Assembly: GCA_040900055.1 (NCBI GenBank)
Contig: JBBDZU010000007.1
Span: forward strand, 25,831 to 89,830
DNA: 64,000 nt
Direction: 5' to 3'
DNA from: Candidatus Saccharimonadales bacterium
GTDB lineage: Bacteria > Patescibacteriota > Saccharimonadia > Saccharimonadales > UBA10212
Shown piece by piece: positions 1 to 8,840 of this stretch. The notes under the pieces were generated by a model that did no database searches, was not told the origin of the DNA, and saw only the letters and a program-made list of their open reading frames with translations. How positions within the stretch are numbered: the stretch's first letter is position 1; each line of letters starts with the position of its first letter. The position numbers and the translations under genes are program-made.

Positions 1-674
1 ACGAGAAGCTGCCCGCAGAGCTGGATCGTCTAGCGTTAGTAATAACTGAAGATGCCTTTAAGGGAGCAAGTTACTTTACTGCCAAAGCTTACACAGATTT
101 TATTTTGACAGACCAACTAGCCGTATCTGGTATAAGCTACCAGCCATTAAAGCGCACCCTTAAATTACCAGCAGGCTGGCAAGAAGCTGCGACCACTTTT
201 GAACCGGTTCGCTCGGCAGCGATTTTTGCTGGCCGGGAATTTGTTGGCTTGGTCGGCGAACCGGCCATGAGTTTGCGCACCGGACTTAAACTACCAGAGA
301 GGACGGCCCAACTAGAGCTGGATATCGCTGTGCTTGAAGAGTTGGCCCGTCCGGCTGCTGCCTACCGGCCACTAGACAAGTACCCCACCATTGAACAGGA
401 CCTTTGTCTAAAAAGCCCGGCCAATTTGAGCTACCAGCAGTTGAGCGATTTTGTGAAGTCTAAACTAGACGATGTTCGCCGAAAAACAAACATAAACTGG
501 CAGATTTCGCCGCTAGATATTTATCAAAGAGCTGGCGATTACAAATTTAGACAAACTACTTGGCATATAACCTTTACACACCCCGGCAGGACGTTAACCA
601 AGCCCGAAGCGTCGAAAATAATCGACGAACTAGCCCTGGCCGCTGGCAAGACTCTAAAAGCCGAGAGGATTTAA
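1..674 (+). CDS. pheT: phenylalanine--tRNA ligase beta subunit, C-terminal fragment (5' end upstream of window)
   Basis: The frame of the listed 105..674 ORF stays open back to base 3. The C-terminal ~95 aa (YRPLDKYPTIEQDLCL...WHITFTHPGRTLT) resembles the FDX-ACB domain that ends bacterial PheT. Confidence 0.6.
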   Translation, partial: EKLPAELDRLALVITEDAFKGASYFTAKAYTDFILTDQLAVSGISYQPLKRTLKLPAGWQEAATTFEPVRSAAIFAGREFVGLVGEPAMSLRTGLKLPERTAQLELDIAVLEELARPAAAYRPLDKYPTIEQDLCLKSPANLSYQQLSDFVKSKLDDVRRKTNINWQISPLDIYQRAGDYKFRQTTWHITFTHPGRTLTKPEASKIIDELALAAGKTLKAERI

Positions 675-680
675 AGAGAA

Positions 681-1232
681 ATGAAGATTACGCGCTCTAT
701 GGTTCGACGAGCTGGCTGGTGGTCGCTAGCCCTGCTATTTGCTGCGACGACAATCGTGGCTTTGGTTTATTTTTTTTGGGCGGGGCAAAAGCCACCCGCG
801 CCTGTCACTGCTAAATGTTCATATAAGCCGGGCACCCTGATGCAAAGTGGTGGCGACAACCCCCTAAAGAATACTAAGCTGGTTAATTTTACGTCCGTAA
901 GTAATGTCGATTTTCTACGCTGTGAGGATTTTAAGATAGGCACCGGCACGGCGGTAAAAGCCGGTTCTAGCGTGACTGTTCAATACATTGGGGCGGTGGC
1001 GGCCACCGGAACAATCTTTGAGAGTACGCTAGATAGCGGCCAGCCAGCCACGTTTAGCCTAGATCAGACTATCCCAGGCTTCTCGACCGGCTTACTGGGC
1101 ATGAAAGCCGGCGGGGAACGCCGAATACTTATACCAGCCCAATATGCTTATGGCGCAGGACCTCCACAAGGTTCGGGAATCCCATCAAACGCCGACTTAG
1201 TTTTTGACATTAGCTTACTTTTTGTGCAATAG
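681..1232 (+). CDS. FKBP-type peptidyl-prolyl cis-trans isomerase, N-terminal membrane anchor
   Basis: Hydrophobic N-terminus (WWSLALLFAATTIVALVYFFW). Classic FKBP core: VTVQYIG...FESTLDSGQPATFSLDQTIPGFSTGLLGMKAGGERRILIP...DLVFDISLL. Confidence 0.9.
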   Translation: MKITRSMVRRAGWWSLALLFAATTIVALVYFFWAGQKPPAPVTAKCSYKPGTLMQSGGDNPLKNTKLVNFTSVSNVDFLRCEDFKIGTGTAVKAGSSVTVQYIGAVAATGTIFESTLDSGQPATFSLDQTIPGFSTGLLGMKAGGERRILIPAQYAYGAGPPQGSGIPSNADLVFDISLLFVQ

Positions 1233-1341
1233 GGTAGTGGATGGCGTAAAAAACACAATATATAGCGTACTTGCAAATAGGCTGTCCGCCATATACAATC
1301 TCAGCTAGGACCAATAAAATTAACAAAAAAGAAGGCTAAAG

Positions 1342-1590
1342 ATGGCAAAAAACATAACAATCTTTACGACTAACACTTGCTCTTACTGTCCAATGGTTAA
1401 GCGCTTTTTGGCTAGTAAGGGTTTGGCTTACGACGAAGTGAACTTAGAAGAGTACCCCGACCGCCAAGCCGAAGTATTTAATATGAGCGGGGCTTTAACG
1501 GTCCCTATAACTGTTATAACCCGCGACGACGACACTAAAGAAGTGGTTGTTGGCTACAATCTTCAGCGACTGGCTCCGGCAGTCACTTAG
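1342..1590 (+). CDS. glutaredoxin-like protein (NrdH/YruB-type)
   Basis: 82 aa with a CSYC redox motif near the N-terminus and a TVP cis-Pro-type motif. Lies directly upstream of trxB. GAAGG ribosome-binding site. Confidence 0.8.
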   Translation: MAKNITIFTTNTCSYCPMVKRFLASKGLAYDEVNLEEYPDRQAEVFNMSGALTVPITVITRDDDTKEVVVGYNLQRLAPAVT

Positions 1591-1640
1591 AAGCCTTCTT
1601 TTGGTCAAAGTTAGCTTTTAACCTAAGATATTAGGAGCTT

Positions 1641-2642
1641 ATGGCAGATAAAAAAATACACGACCTGGTTATTATTGGCGCCGGCCCGGCAGCCTTATCT
1701 GCGGCTTTATATTCCAGCCGTGAAGACATTGACACATTGTTATTTGAAAGAGGCGCCATTGGCGGTCTTGCTGCCGTTACCGATTGGGTCGATAATTACC
1801 CGGGTTTTGCTAAAGGTGTCGCTGGCTTAGAATTATCCGAAGCCATGCGGGCTCAAGCCGAGCGCTTTGGCGCCAAAATTGAACTAGGCGAGGTTATGGG
1901 TATATCCAGCGATGGAGAACTCAAGAAGTTAGATACTACCAGTGGTGATGTTTACGCTAAGGCCGTTTTAATTGCTACCGGCAACGATTATAAAAAAATT
2001 GGAGTGCCTGGCGAAGCTGAATACTACGCTCGCGGAGTCCATTACTGCGCAACATGTGACGGGGCTTTTTATAGAGACAAAAGGCTAGTAGTTGTAGGCG
2101 GCGGCAACTCGGCGGCTCAAGAGTCTATCTTTTTAACCAAATTCGCTAGCCATATAGATATTTTGGTCCGTAGTGAGCTGCGGGCCAGTGACGTGCTTGT
2201 CAAGGCACTGGCTAAACATAAAGATAAAATTACCGTCCACCTAAATACTTCAACTGATGAAATTGTCGGCCAAGAGGGCAAGGTTGTTAAAGTTATTGGT
2301 ACAAATAAGACTAGCGGTAAAAAAGTTGAGTTTCCTTGCGACGGTGTCTTTGTCTTTGTAGGATTAATACCAAACACTAAGTTCTTAGAAAGTGGCAAAG
2401 TTGAGCTTGATGAGAGGGGCTTCGTAAAGACTAATGACCAGCTAGGCACTAACGTATTAGGAGTCTTTTGCGCCGGCGATGTCAGGTCCGGGGCTACCGA
2501 GCAAATTGCCTCTGCTGTCGGCGAGGGCTCTACAGCGGCCTTAACTATTCGTGAGTTCCTCGATCAAATGCCGGCCCGCAAGCACTTAGATGAGCCTCAT
2601 CTGTCTATGGGCACCGATAGACGGGCTTATTCTGAAGCTTAG
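1641..2642 (+). CDS. trxB: thioredoxin-disulfide reductase
   Basis: GAGPAA FAD-binding motif, CATCDG redox-active disulfide, GGGNSA NADPH motif. AGGAG Shine-Dalgarno 5 nt upstream. Confidence 0.95.
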   Translation: MADKKIHDLVIIGAGPAALSAALYSSREDIDTLLFERGAIGGLAAVTDWVDNYPGFAKGVAGLELSEAMRAQAERFGAKIELGEVMGISSDGELKKLDTTSGDVYAKAVLIATGNDYKKIGVPGEAEYYARGVHYCATCDGAFYRDKRLVVVGGGNSAAQESIFLTKFASHIDILVRSELRASDVLVKALAKHKDKITVHLNTSTDEIVGQEGKVVKVIGTNKTSGKKVEFPCDGVFVFVGLIPNTKFLESGKVELDERGFVKTNDQLGTNVLGVFCAGDVRSGATEQIASAVGEGSTAALTIREFLDQMPARKHLDEPHLSMGTDRRAYSEA

Positions 2643-2713
2643 TTATTGAGAACTGGTACGATTTTATCTGGTCGGTCTAGTGTACAATAACCTATGATAT
2701 AAAAGGATCTCAG

Positions 2714-3241
2714 ATGGTTGATTTTAATAAAGTTTTAGAGCCAGGCGACTACCTAAAAGGTGAAGTCAACACTGTAGTAGAGATACCCAAAGGCTCTGTG
2801 AATAAAATCGAGTGGGACCGCAACCGGGCAGCTTTCAAGCTAGACCGCGTCGAGCCAGATATTTTTGCCAAGCCGGTCAACTATGGGTTTATTCCTCAGA
2901 CGCTTGATGAAGACGGTGACGAACTAGATACTTTAATAGTAACCGATGAACCACTTCAAACTGGCGCTTGGATGAAAGCTAAAATTATTGGGGTGCTGAA
3001 CTTTGAAGATGATGGTGAGGCTGATCACAAAGTGGTGGTAGTGCCGGCAGATAATCGAAATACCGGCGATTCCGTTAAATCGCTGAGTGATCTAGGCGAA
3101 CGCTGGAAACAGAAAATTGAGCATCACTTTTCTCATTACAAGGATCTTTATAAGCCCGGTAGCACCAAGGTGCTAGGTTGGGGCGACATCGAGGAAGCCA
3201 AAAAAATTATCGCCGACTCTATAGCCCGAGCCAAAAGTTAA
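2714..3241 (+). CDS. ppa: inorganic pyrophosphatase (family I)
   Basis: 175 aa with EIPKGS..K.E, YGFIPQTLDEDGDELD and HKVV motifs typical of family I PPase. Confidence 0.93.
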   Translation: MVDFNKVLEPGDYLKGEVNTVVEIPKGSVNKIEWDRNRAAFKLDRVEPDIFAKPVNYGFIPQTLDEDGDELDTLIVTDEPLQTGAWMKAKIIGVLNFEDDGEADHKVVVVPADNRNTGDSVKSLSDLGERWKQKIEHHFSHYKDLYKPGSTKVLGWGDIEEAKKIIADSIARAKS

Positions 3242-3310
3242 CGTTGGTTGCGCGCACACTATCTAACTCGTACAATTAAAAGATATTAAACTAATGCTTA
3301 AATAGGTGGG

Positions 3311-4483
3311 ATGAAAACCAAAATTGCTATAAATGGGTTCGGACGAATCGGCCGGAGCGCTTTTAAAATTGCTTTTGAGCGTCCTGACCTGGAAGTTGTG
3401 GCAATTAATGATTTAACCGATACCAAAACCTTGGCCTATCTTTTGAAACACGACAGCAACTACGGTACTTACCAGCGCAAGGTTGAGTTTAACGAAACAA
3501 ACTTAATAATTGACGGCACAACCGTGCGAGTTTTAGCTGAGCCCGAACCGGCCAAATTGCCCTGGCGTAAACTTGGCGCACAAGTCGTGATTGAATCAAC
3601 CGGACGCTTTACTGACCCAGGTATTGCCAAAGTCCATATCGAGGCTGGCGCTGCAAAGGTCATCATTAGTGCTCCAGCCAAAGGTGAGGCCGCCGAGACA
3701 ATTGTGCTTGGCGTCAATGACGATGAGCTAAACCAGGCCGGAGATATTATTAGCAATGCTTCTTGTACCACTAACTGCATCACACCAGTCATGGCTATTT
3801 TAGAAAGTCACTTTGGCATTGAAAAAGCCATGATGACAACGGTACATAGCTATACCAACAGCCAAAGGCTGCTGGATGCGCCGGCTAAGGATTTGCGTGA
3901 AGCCCGGAGCGCTGCTACCAATATAGTACCAACCACGACGGGAGCTTCTACGGCAGCCAGCAGAGCCATGCCAAAGCTAGCAGGCATTTTTGGGGGTTTG
4001 AGTATTCGAGTGCCCACGCCGGTAGTATCTTTAAGCGATTTCGTGGTTGTGTGTAAACGAGCGGTAACGGTTGAAGAAGTTAACGAAGTTTTTTTAAAAG
4101 CCGCCCAGGAACCTTTTTATCAAGGCATTTTAGCTACCACTGACGAACCGTTAGTCAGTAGCGATTTTATTGGCAACAGTCATTCCGCTATCATCGATCT
4201 AAGCCTCACTGCAGTAGTCGGCGACACCCTGCTCAAAGTAGTTGCTTGGTACGATAACGAATGGGGCTATGCTAATCGACTGGTAGAATTAACAGCTGAT
4301 ACGGCTCGGTTACTTTCGAAAGAAGAAAAAACAGGCTCAGAAACAATAAAGTCCAAAGACACTGACTCCAAACCGTTGTTGGAAGCTCCGGAGCGTGAGC
4401 CTGAAGCCCCAAAGAATACTCTTCCCAAGGCCTCGCCTAATCCTTCTCCGGGGGGTTCTATAGATGGCATCCGACATTTTTAA
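3311..4483 (+). CDS. gap: glyceraldehyde-3-phosphate dehydrogenase with ~55-aa low-complexity C-terminal tail
   Basis: NGFGRIGR NAD motif, SNASCTTNC catalytic Cys motif and WYDNEWGY near the normal C-terminus. A P/E/K/S-rich extension follows. Confidence 0.95.
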   Translation: MKTKIAINGFGRIGRSAFKIAFERPDLEVVAINDLTDTKTLAYLLKHDSNYGTYQRKVEFNETNLIIDGTTVRVLAEPEPAKLPWRKLGAQVVIESTGRFTDPGIAKVHIEAGAAKVIISAPAKGEAAETIVLGVNDDELNQAGDIISNASCTTNCITPVMAILESHFGIEKAMMTTVHSYTNSQRLLDAPAKDLREARSAATNIVPTTTGASTAASRAMPKLAGIFGGLSIRVPTPVVSLSDFVVVCKRAVTVEEVNEVFLKAAQEPFYQGILATTDEPLVSSDFIGNSHSAIIDLSLTAVVGDTLLKVVAWYDNEWGYANRLVELTADTARLLSKEEKTGSETIKSKDTDSKPLLEAPEREPEAPKNTLPKASPNPSPGGSIDGIRHF

Positions 4484-4976
4484 AATCGCATTGGCCTGCG
4501 ACCACGCCGGCTTTGAACAGCTGAAAGACCTAAAAATTTACCTGCAATCCCTGGGCCATAGCTGCCAAAACTTTGGTCCTGACAAATTGAATCCTAACGA
4601 CGATTATCCTGATTTTGTAGTGCCGGCCGCCAAGGCTGTAGCTAGCGGTGAATGCCAAAGGGGCATTATCATCGGCGGCAGCGGGCAGGGGGAAGCTATG
4701 GCCGCTAACCGCCTCTCTGGAGTGCGCTGCGCGGTGTTCTATGGGCCAGCCACCCCTAGAAAAGTTGTAGATGCTGGCGGCCGTATGAGCCATGATGTTT
4801 ATGAAATTGTTAAACTGTCAAGGTCCCATAACAACGCCAACATGCTTTCTTTAGCGGCCAGGTTCGTAAGTACAGGCGACATGAAACAAGTAGTTAGGCT
4901 TTGGCTAGAAACTCCATTTTCCCAGGAGCCTCGTCATATACGACGCAACGCTAAGCTAGATGAGTTGGATGGCTAA
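4464..4976 (+). CDS. rpiB: ribose-5-phosphate isomerase B
   Basis: ALACDHAGFEQLK and GIIIGGSGQGEAMAANR motifs of the RpiB/LacAB family. The start overlaps the gap tail by 20 nt. Confidence 0.9.
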   Translation: MASDIFKIALACDHAGFEQLKDLKIYLQSLGHSCQNFGPDKLNPNDDYPDFVVPAAKAVASGECQRGIIIGGSGQGEAMAANRLSGVRCAVFYGPATPRKVVDAGGRMSHDVYEIVKLSRSHNNANMLSLAARFVSTGDMKQVVRLWLETPFSQEPRHIRRNAKLDELDG

Positions 4977-4979
4977 AAT

Positions 4980-5624
4980 ATGAGCAGAATTTGTCCGGCT
5001 ATTTTAGCGGAAAGTCCTGGTCTTTATCGTGAACGGCTGGAAAAGGTTGCGTCCTTTGCCCGGCGCATCCAAATCGATTTAACAGACGGTCATTTTGCCC
5101 CGACCAAAACTATTGACGCTTCCGAAGCGTGGTGGCCAGTCGGGGTTAAGGCCGACTTTCATTTGATGTATAAAAACCCAATGGCGGCTACCGAGGAGAT
5201 TTTAAAACATCAACCTCATATGATTATTGTTCACGCCGAAGCTGATGGCGATTTTGAAAACGTCGCTTCAATTTGTAAAACCAAGAAAGTTAAAGTCGGT
5301 ATAGCCCTGCTAAAACAAACTTCGCCAAAAAAGATATTGCCGGTTATCAATGAGATTGATCACGTTTTAGTTTTTAGCGGGTCTTTGGGCAGGTATAACG
5401 GTTATGCAGATATTAGTTTGCTCTCCAAAGTACACTTTCTAAAAGCCCATCGTAAGGATCTGGAAGTGGGCTGGGATGGCGGTATCAATCTTCAAAATAT
5501 CTCACAGCTAGCTATCGGAGGAGTGGATGTCTTTAACGTAGGTGGCTTTATTCAAAACGCCGATGACCCGGAGAAGACCTACCATATGCTAACCAGAGTT
5601 GTAGAAGAAACCGGCACGACTTAA
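4980..5624 (+). CDS. rpe: ribulose-phosphate 3-epimerase family protein (divergent)
   Basis: ICPAIL...IQIDLTDGHFAP...FHLMY...VGWDGGIN aligns with Rpe motifs (PSIL, HxDxMDGxFVPN, HLMV, DGG). Sits between rpiB and tkt. Confidence 0.7.
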   Translation: MSRICPAILAESPGLYRERLEKVASFARRIQIDLTDGHFAPTKTIDASEAWWPVGVKADFHLMYKNPMAATEEILKHQPHMIIVHAEADGDFENVASICKTKKVKVGIALLKQTSPKKILPVINEIDHVLVFSGSLGRYNGYADISLLSKVHFLKAHRKDLEVGWDGGINLQNISQLAIGGVDVFNVGGFIQNADDPEKTYHMLTRVVEETGTT

Positions 5625-5681
5625 ATATTGGCTCCGCTGTCTAACATCATCTGTCTAATTCGGCTATAATCATAAGCAACA

Positions 5682-6548
5682 ATGGTGGTGGACCTAAATA
5701 AATATTCCTACCGTGATTTGGCTAAAGTTGCCGCCGATATTCGCATAGACATTATTAAAATGCTCGAAAAAGCCGGCAGCGGTCATTCCGCAGGGCCCTT
5801 AGGCTTGGCCGACATTTTTACGGCTTTTTACTTTAAGGTTTTAAGACACGATCCTGCCAACCCAGACTGGCCGCACAGAGATATTTTAGTGCTAAGTAAC
5901 GGACACTGTGTGCCGGTCCGCTATGTGGCTATGGCACATGTGGGCTATTTCCCAAAGTCAGAACTAGCCACCTTGCGCAAATTTGGCTCGCGTTTGCAAG
6001 GCCACCCCGAGCGCCTGCGCCTACCAGGTTTAGAAACTACTGGCGGACCACTGGGCTCTGGTTTAAGCCAGGCCTGCGGTATGGCTTTGGCGCTAGGTAT
6101 GGATAGCCAAACCCACCGGCAAGTTTATGCGGTAATGAGTGATGGGGAGCTTGATGAGGGCAACAGCTGGGAGGCTGTTATGCTAGCTGCTAAATATAAA
6201 TTAGCTAATCTCACAGCCATTGTAGATCGCAATAACATCCAAATCGATGGCCCGACCGAGCAAGTCATGCCGCTAGAAAACTTAAGCGCCAAATGGGACG
6301 CCTTTGGCTGGCACGTCTTAGAAATTGACGGCAATAATATCGAAGCCGTAGTCGAGGCCTGCAGCATGGCCAAAGCCATTGTTGAGAAACCGGTTGTTAT
6401 CATTGCCAGAACTATCCCCGGTAAAGGTGTGGATTTTATGGAGTATGATTTTCATTGGCACGGCAAAGCCCCCAGTCACAAAGAAGCGAAGGAGGCCCTA
6501 AACGAACTAAGGACGCTGCGCGGCAAAATCAGGAGCGAACACCAGTGA
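5682..6548 (+). CDS. tkt: transketolase, N-terminal (TPP-binding) subunit
   Basis: GSGHSAGPLGLADI, SNGH, DGELDEGNSWEA and DRNNIQIDG motifs. Split-gene form. Confidence 0.92.
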   Translation: MVVDLNKYSYRDLAKVAADIRIDIIKMLEKAGSGHSAGPLGLADIFTAFYFKVLRHDPANPDWPHRDILVLSNGHCVPVRYVAMAHVGYFPKSELATLRKFGSRLQGHPERLRLPGLETTGGPLGSGLSQACGMALALGMDSQTHRQVYAVMSDGELDEGNSWEAVMLAAKYKLANLTAIVDRNNIQIDGPTEQVMPLENLSAKWDAFGWHVLEIDGNNIEAVVEACSMAKAIVEKPVVIIARTIPGKGVDFMEYDFHWHGKAPSHKEAKEALNELRTLRGKIRSEHQ

Positions 6549-7525
6549 ACAAGCTTCATTTGTCACCTCGAGGCTTAACAGCCGAGCCCATCAGGAAAGG
6601 CTTTGGTAGAGGCCTGGTCGAAGCTGGAAAGCAATATGAGCAGGTTGTGGCGATTTGTGCCGATTTAACCGAATCTACTCAAATGCACTTATTTGCGGAG
6701 GCCTATCCACGTCGCTTCATAGAGGTTGGTGTAGCTGAGCAAAACTTAGTAACGGTTGGCTCAGGGCTGGCGGCTATGGGTAAAATCCCGTTCGTCTCGT
6801 CTTATGCGGCCTTTAGCCCCGGCCGAAATTGGGAGCAAATCCGCACCACCATTTGTCTAAATGACCGGCCAGTCAAAGTGATTGGGTCTCATGCTGGGGT
6901 TAGCGTTGGTCCAGACGGCGCCACTCATCAAATGTTGGAGGACATCGCTTTAATGAGGGCCTTACCAAACATGGTTGTTATGGCTCCAGCAGACAGCGTA
7001 GAAGCCGCCAAAGCCACTATTGCTATGGTAGTAGATAAACGCCCCAACTATATGCGGTTGGCCCGCGAGGCTACGCCAATAATTACCACTTCCAAGACAC
7101 CCTTTGAGATTGGCAAAGCTTATATTTTTCGAGAAGGGTCCGATATTAGCCTAATAGCAACTGGAACCATGACCTATCAAGCGCTGTCAGCCGCTGAAGT
7201 ATTGGCTAAAGAAGGGGTTCACGCCGAGGTAGTCCATGTCCCTACAATCAAGCCCTTAGATGCCCATACCATTTTAGATTCCGTTATCCGAACGCGGCAT
7301 GTAATCACCGCCGAGGAAGGCCAAATCAATGGCGGTCTAGGCGGAGCTGTCGCCGAGCTACTGGCCGAAAATTTGCCCACCCCCATGATGCGCGTTGGAG
7401 TGCTCGATAGGTTTGGCGAGAGTGGTCAGCCCCAAGAGTTACTGCATCATTTTGGATTAACCTCTGCTCATATTGCCAAAGCTGCCCATCATTTACTTGC
7501 TGACCATACCAACCATAAACATTAA
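6545..7525 (+). CDS. tkt: transketolase, C-terminal (pyrimidine-binding) subunit
   Basis: Homology begins at VNKLHL... I take the start as the GTG at 6545, which overlaps the upstream TGA as GTGA. EVGVAEQNLVTVGSGLA and GPDGATHQ motifs. The listed 6455 start would overlap the N-subunit gene by 94 nt. Confidence 0.9.
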   Translation: MNKLHLSPRGLTAEPIRKGFGRGLVEAGKQYEQVVAICADLTESTQMHLFAEAYPRRFIEVGVAEQNLVTVGSGLAAMGKIPFVSSYAAFSPGRNWEQIRTTICLNDRPVKVIGSHAGVSVGPDGATHQMLEDIALMRALPNMVVMAPADSVEAAKATIAMVVDKRPNYMRLAREATPIITTSKTPFEIGKAYIFREGSDISLIATGTMTYQALSAAEVLAKEGVHAEVVHVPTIKPLDAHTILDSVIRTRHVITAEEGQINGGLGGAVAELLAENLPTPMMRVGVLDRFGESGQPQELLHHFGLTSAHIAKAAHHLLADHTNHKH

Positions 7526-7529
7526 ATAA

Positions 7530-7559
7530 AATAAAAAAGGCCAGTTTAGAGACTTGGCC
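7530..7559 (-). terminator. intrinsic terminator oriented for the minus strand (abuts tkt stop)
   Basis: On the minus strand: GGCCAAGTCTCTAAACTGGCC hairpin followed by TTTTTTATTTTATTT. On the plus strand the hairpin has no following T-run. Confidence 0.6.
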
Positions 7560-7579
7560 TAGGTCTTGGCATCCGCAGT

Positions 7580-7777
7580 TCATCGCTTTCTCTGGCTCGA
7601 GTAGACCTGGTTGAGTACCTCCCGTCCGGTTTCGGTGATGGTGAAGCGAGGCCTGTTCAGCGCCAGTGTGAGGCGAGCGAGTTGTGCAGAAACATCTTCA
7701 CATCGGGCACGGGGGCCTCCTTAAAGGACGTCTGCGGTTTGGGCTGCCGCAGCAGTAATCACCTCCTCGGCAATCAT
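7580..7777 (-). other. small minus-strand unit: 18-codon ORF, in-frame TAA, 46 further open codons (short-peptide gene, decayed gene or structured RNA)
   Basis: ATG at 7777 lies 5 nt after a TATAAC -10 box. The reading frame gives MIAEEVITAAAAQTADVL*GGPRARCEDVSAQLARLTLALNRPRFTITETGREVLNQVYSSQRKR*. The terminator lies downstream. The stretch is visibly more GC-rich than its flanks. Confidence 0.4.
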
Positions 7778-7782
7778 TAGTT

Positions 7783-7811
7783 GTTATAACACCAAAGAGA
7801 AAATTTTTCAA
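7783..7811 (-). promoter_or_regulatory. sigma70-like promoter on minus strand (TTGAAA-17 nt-TATAAC)
   Basis: The plus strand reads TTTCAA at 7806-7811 and GTTATA at 7783-7788, separated by a 17-nt spacer. Confidence 0.5.
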
Positions 7812-7859
7812 GTTAAACTGGTAATGCTAAGCTGGAGAAGTTAAAATCAAGTTAAGATT

Positions 7860-8768
7860 ATGTTGACTCTAGCTCAGATGCGAAAAAATTGCCTAGCGGC
7901 TCGGGCGGCATTTGATAGGGCAAAAAAACAAGGGTTTGCCCTGGGTGCCTTTAATATCGACAACCAAGAAACTCTAATTGCTGTAATGTCTGCCGCCGCC
8001 GCCAAAAAAGCACCTATTTTAGTCGAAGTCAGCAAGACCGAAGCCGATGCTATGGGCTTAGATAACATCCGAGATATGGTCAATAACTATAAGGCCAAAT
8101 ACTCGGTTGAAGTCTATTTAAACTTAGATCACAGCCCAACCGTAGAAGATGCTATAGCCGGCATTAGTGCTGGTTTTGAATCGATTCACATCGATATTTC
8201 ACAGGCTAACCATAAAGCCACCGATAAGCAGATAATCGAAAAAACTAAGCAAGTTGTATTAGCATCAAAGCTAACTGGAGCTATCGTGGAAGCCGAGCCG
8301 CGTTATTTTGCTGGTAGCTCTAATTTACACAAAGAAAAAATAAACTACGATCTAATAAGAAAATATTTCAGTACACCCGAAGGGGCCAAGACTTTTGTAG
8401 AGTCTACCGGCATCGATACATATGCTGTGGCTATCGGCAATCTGCATGGTCATTACCCGGTGCCTAAAAAACTAGACATCGCTTTATTAAAACTTATTGC
8501 CAAGGTTATAGATTGCAATATCTCACTACACGGCGGCAGTGGCACGCCCGGTCATTACTTTAAGGAGGCCATAGCTGCCGGGGTGGTAAAAGTTAATATT
8601 AATACCGATTTGCGCATTGCTTACCGGCGGGCCTTAGAGAAGGTTTTGGCTCAGAATAAAGACGAATACGCCGTAGTCAAGTTAATGCCAAAAGTGATAA
8701 AAGCTGTTCAAAAAGTTGTAGAAGCCAAAATCGATATGCTGGATAGCGCCGGTCATGCCCGCCCGTAG
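7860..8768 (+). CDS. fba: class II fructose-bisphosphate aldolase
   Basis: GAFNI, LNLDHS and SLHGGSGTP motifs of the class II FBA/tagatose-bisphosphate aldolase family. Confidence 0.9.
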   Translation: MLTLAQMRKNCLAARAAFDRAKKQGFALGAFNIDNQETLIAVMSAAAAKKAPILVEVSKTEADAMGLDNIRDMVNNYKAKYSVEVYLNLDHSPTVEDAIAGISAGFESIHIDISQANHKATDKQIIEKTKQVVLASKLTGAIVEAEPRYFAGSSNLHKEKINYDLIRKYFSTPEGAKTFVESTGIDTYAVAIGNLHGHYPVPKKLDIALLKLIAKVIDCNISLHGGSGTPGHYFKEAIAAGVVKVNINTDLRIAYRRALEKVLAQNKDEYAVVKLMPKVIKAVQKVVEAKIDMLDSAGHARP

Positions 8769-8840
8769 TTGGCGGCTTTTATCTCTTTAAGCTTATGTTA
8801 AAATAAGCATAAGTTCTAAAGGTAGGCATAAAAAACCGTA

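Noticed and set aside
1327-1602. 11-nt perfect inverted repeat (AAAAGAAGGCT / AGCCTTCTTTT) bracketing the glutaredoxin-like gene, which could pair the ribosome-binding site with the 3' UTR.
   Set aside because: This is a single short match, one arm is simply the Shine-Dalgarno region, and the chance expectation in 64 kb is not negligible. No further supporting structure is visible.
6455-6544. Upstream extensions of listed ORFs: tkt C-subunit from 6455, YtxH from 17842, P-loop gene from 44868, fusA from 59368, tyrS from 39954, and 59124 for the rpsG-fusA ORF.
   Set aside because: Homology to the respective families starts at internal start codons (6545, 17965, 45006, 59449, 40017, 59148). The extensions overlap the preceding genes and encode low-complexity sequence.
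7758-7768. AATCACCTCCT on the plus strand, resembling the 3' end of 16S rRNA.
   Set aside because: No rRNA-like sequence flanks it. It is the complement of a GAGGAGGTGAT stretch within the minus-strand mini-unit, and I report it there rather than as an rRNA fragment.
7526-7859. Known housekeeping RNAs (SRP/4.5S, RNase P, tmRNA, 6S) in the three long spacers 7526-7859, 32464-33139 and 35636-35960.
   Set aside because: By eye I could not find the diagnostic motifs: GGAAGGAAGCAG-type SRP domain IV, GAGGAAAGTCC of RNase P, or a tRNA-like 3' end with an alanine tag ORF for tmRNA. 6S RNA has no conserved sequence motif, so it cannot be judged this way. A covariance-model scan is still needed to be sure.
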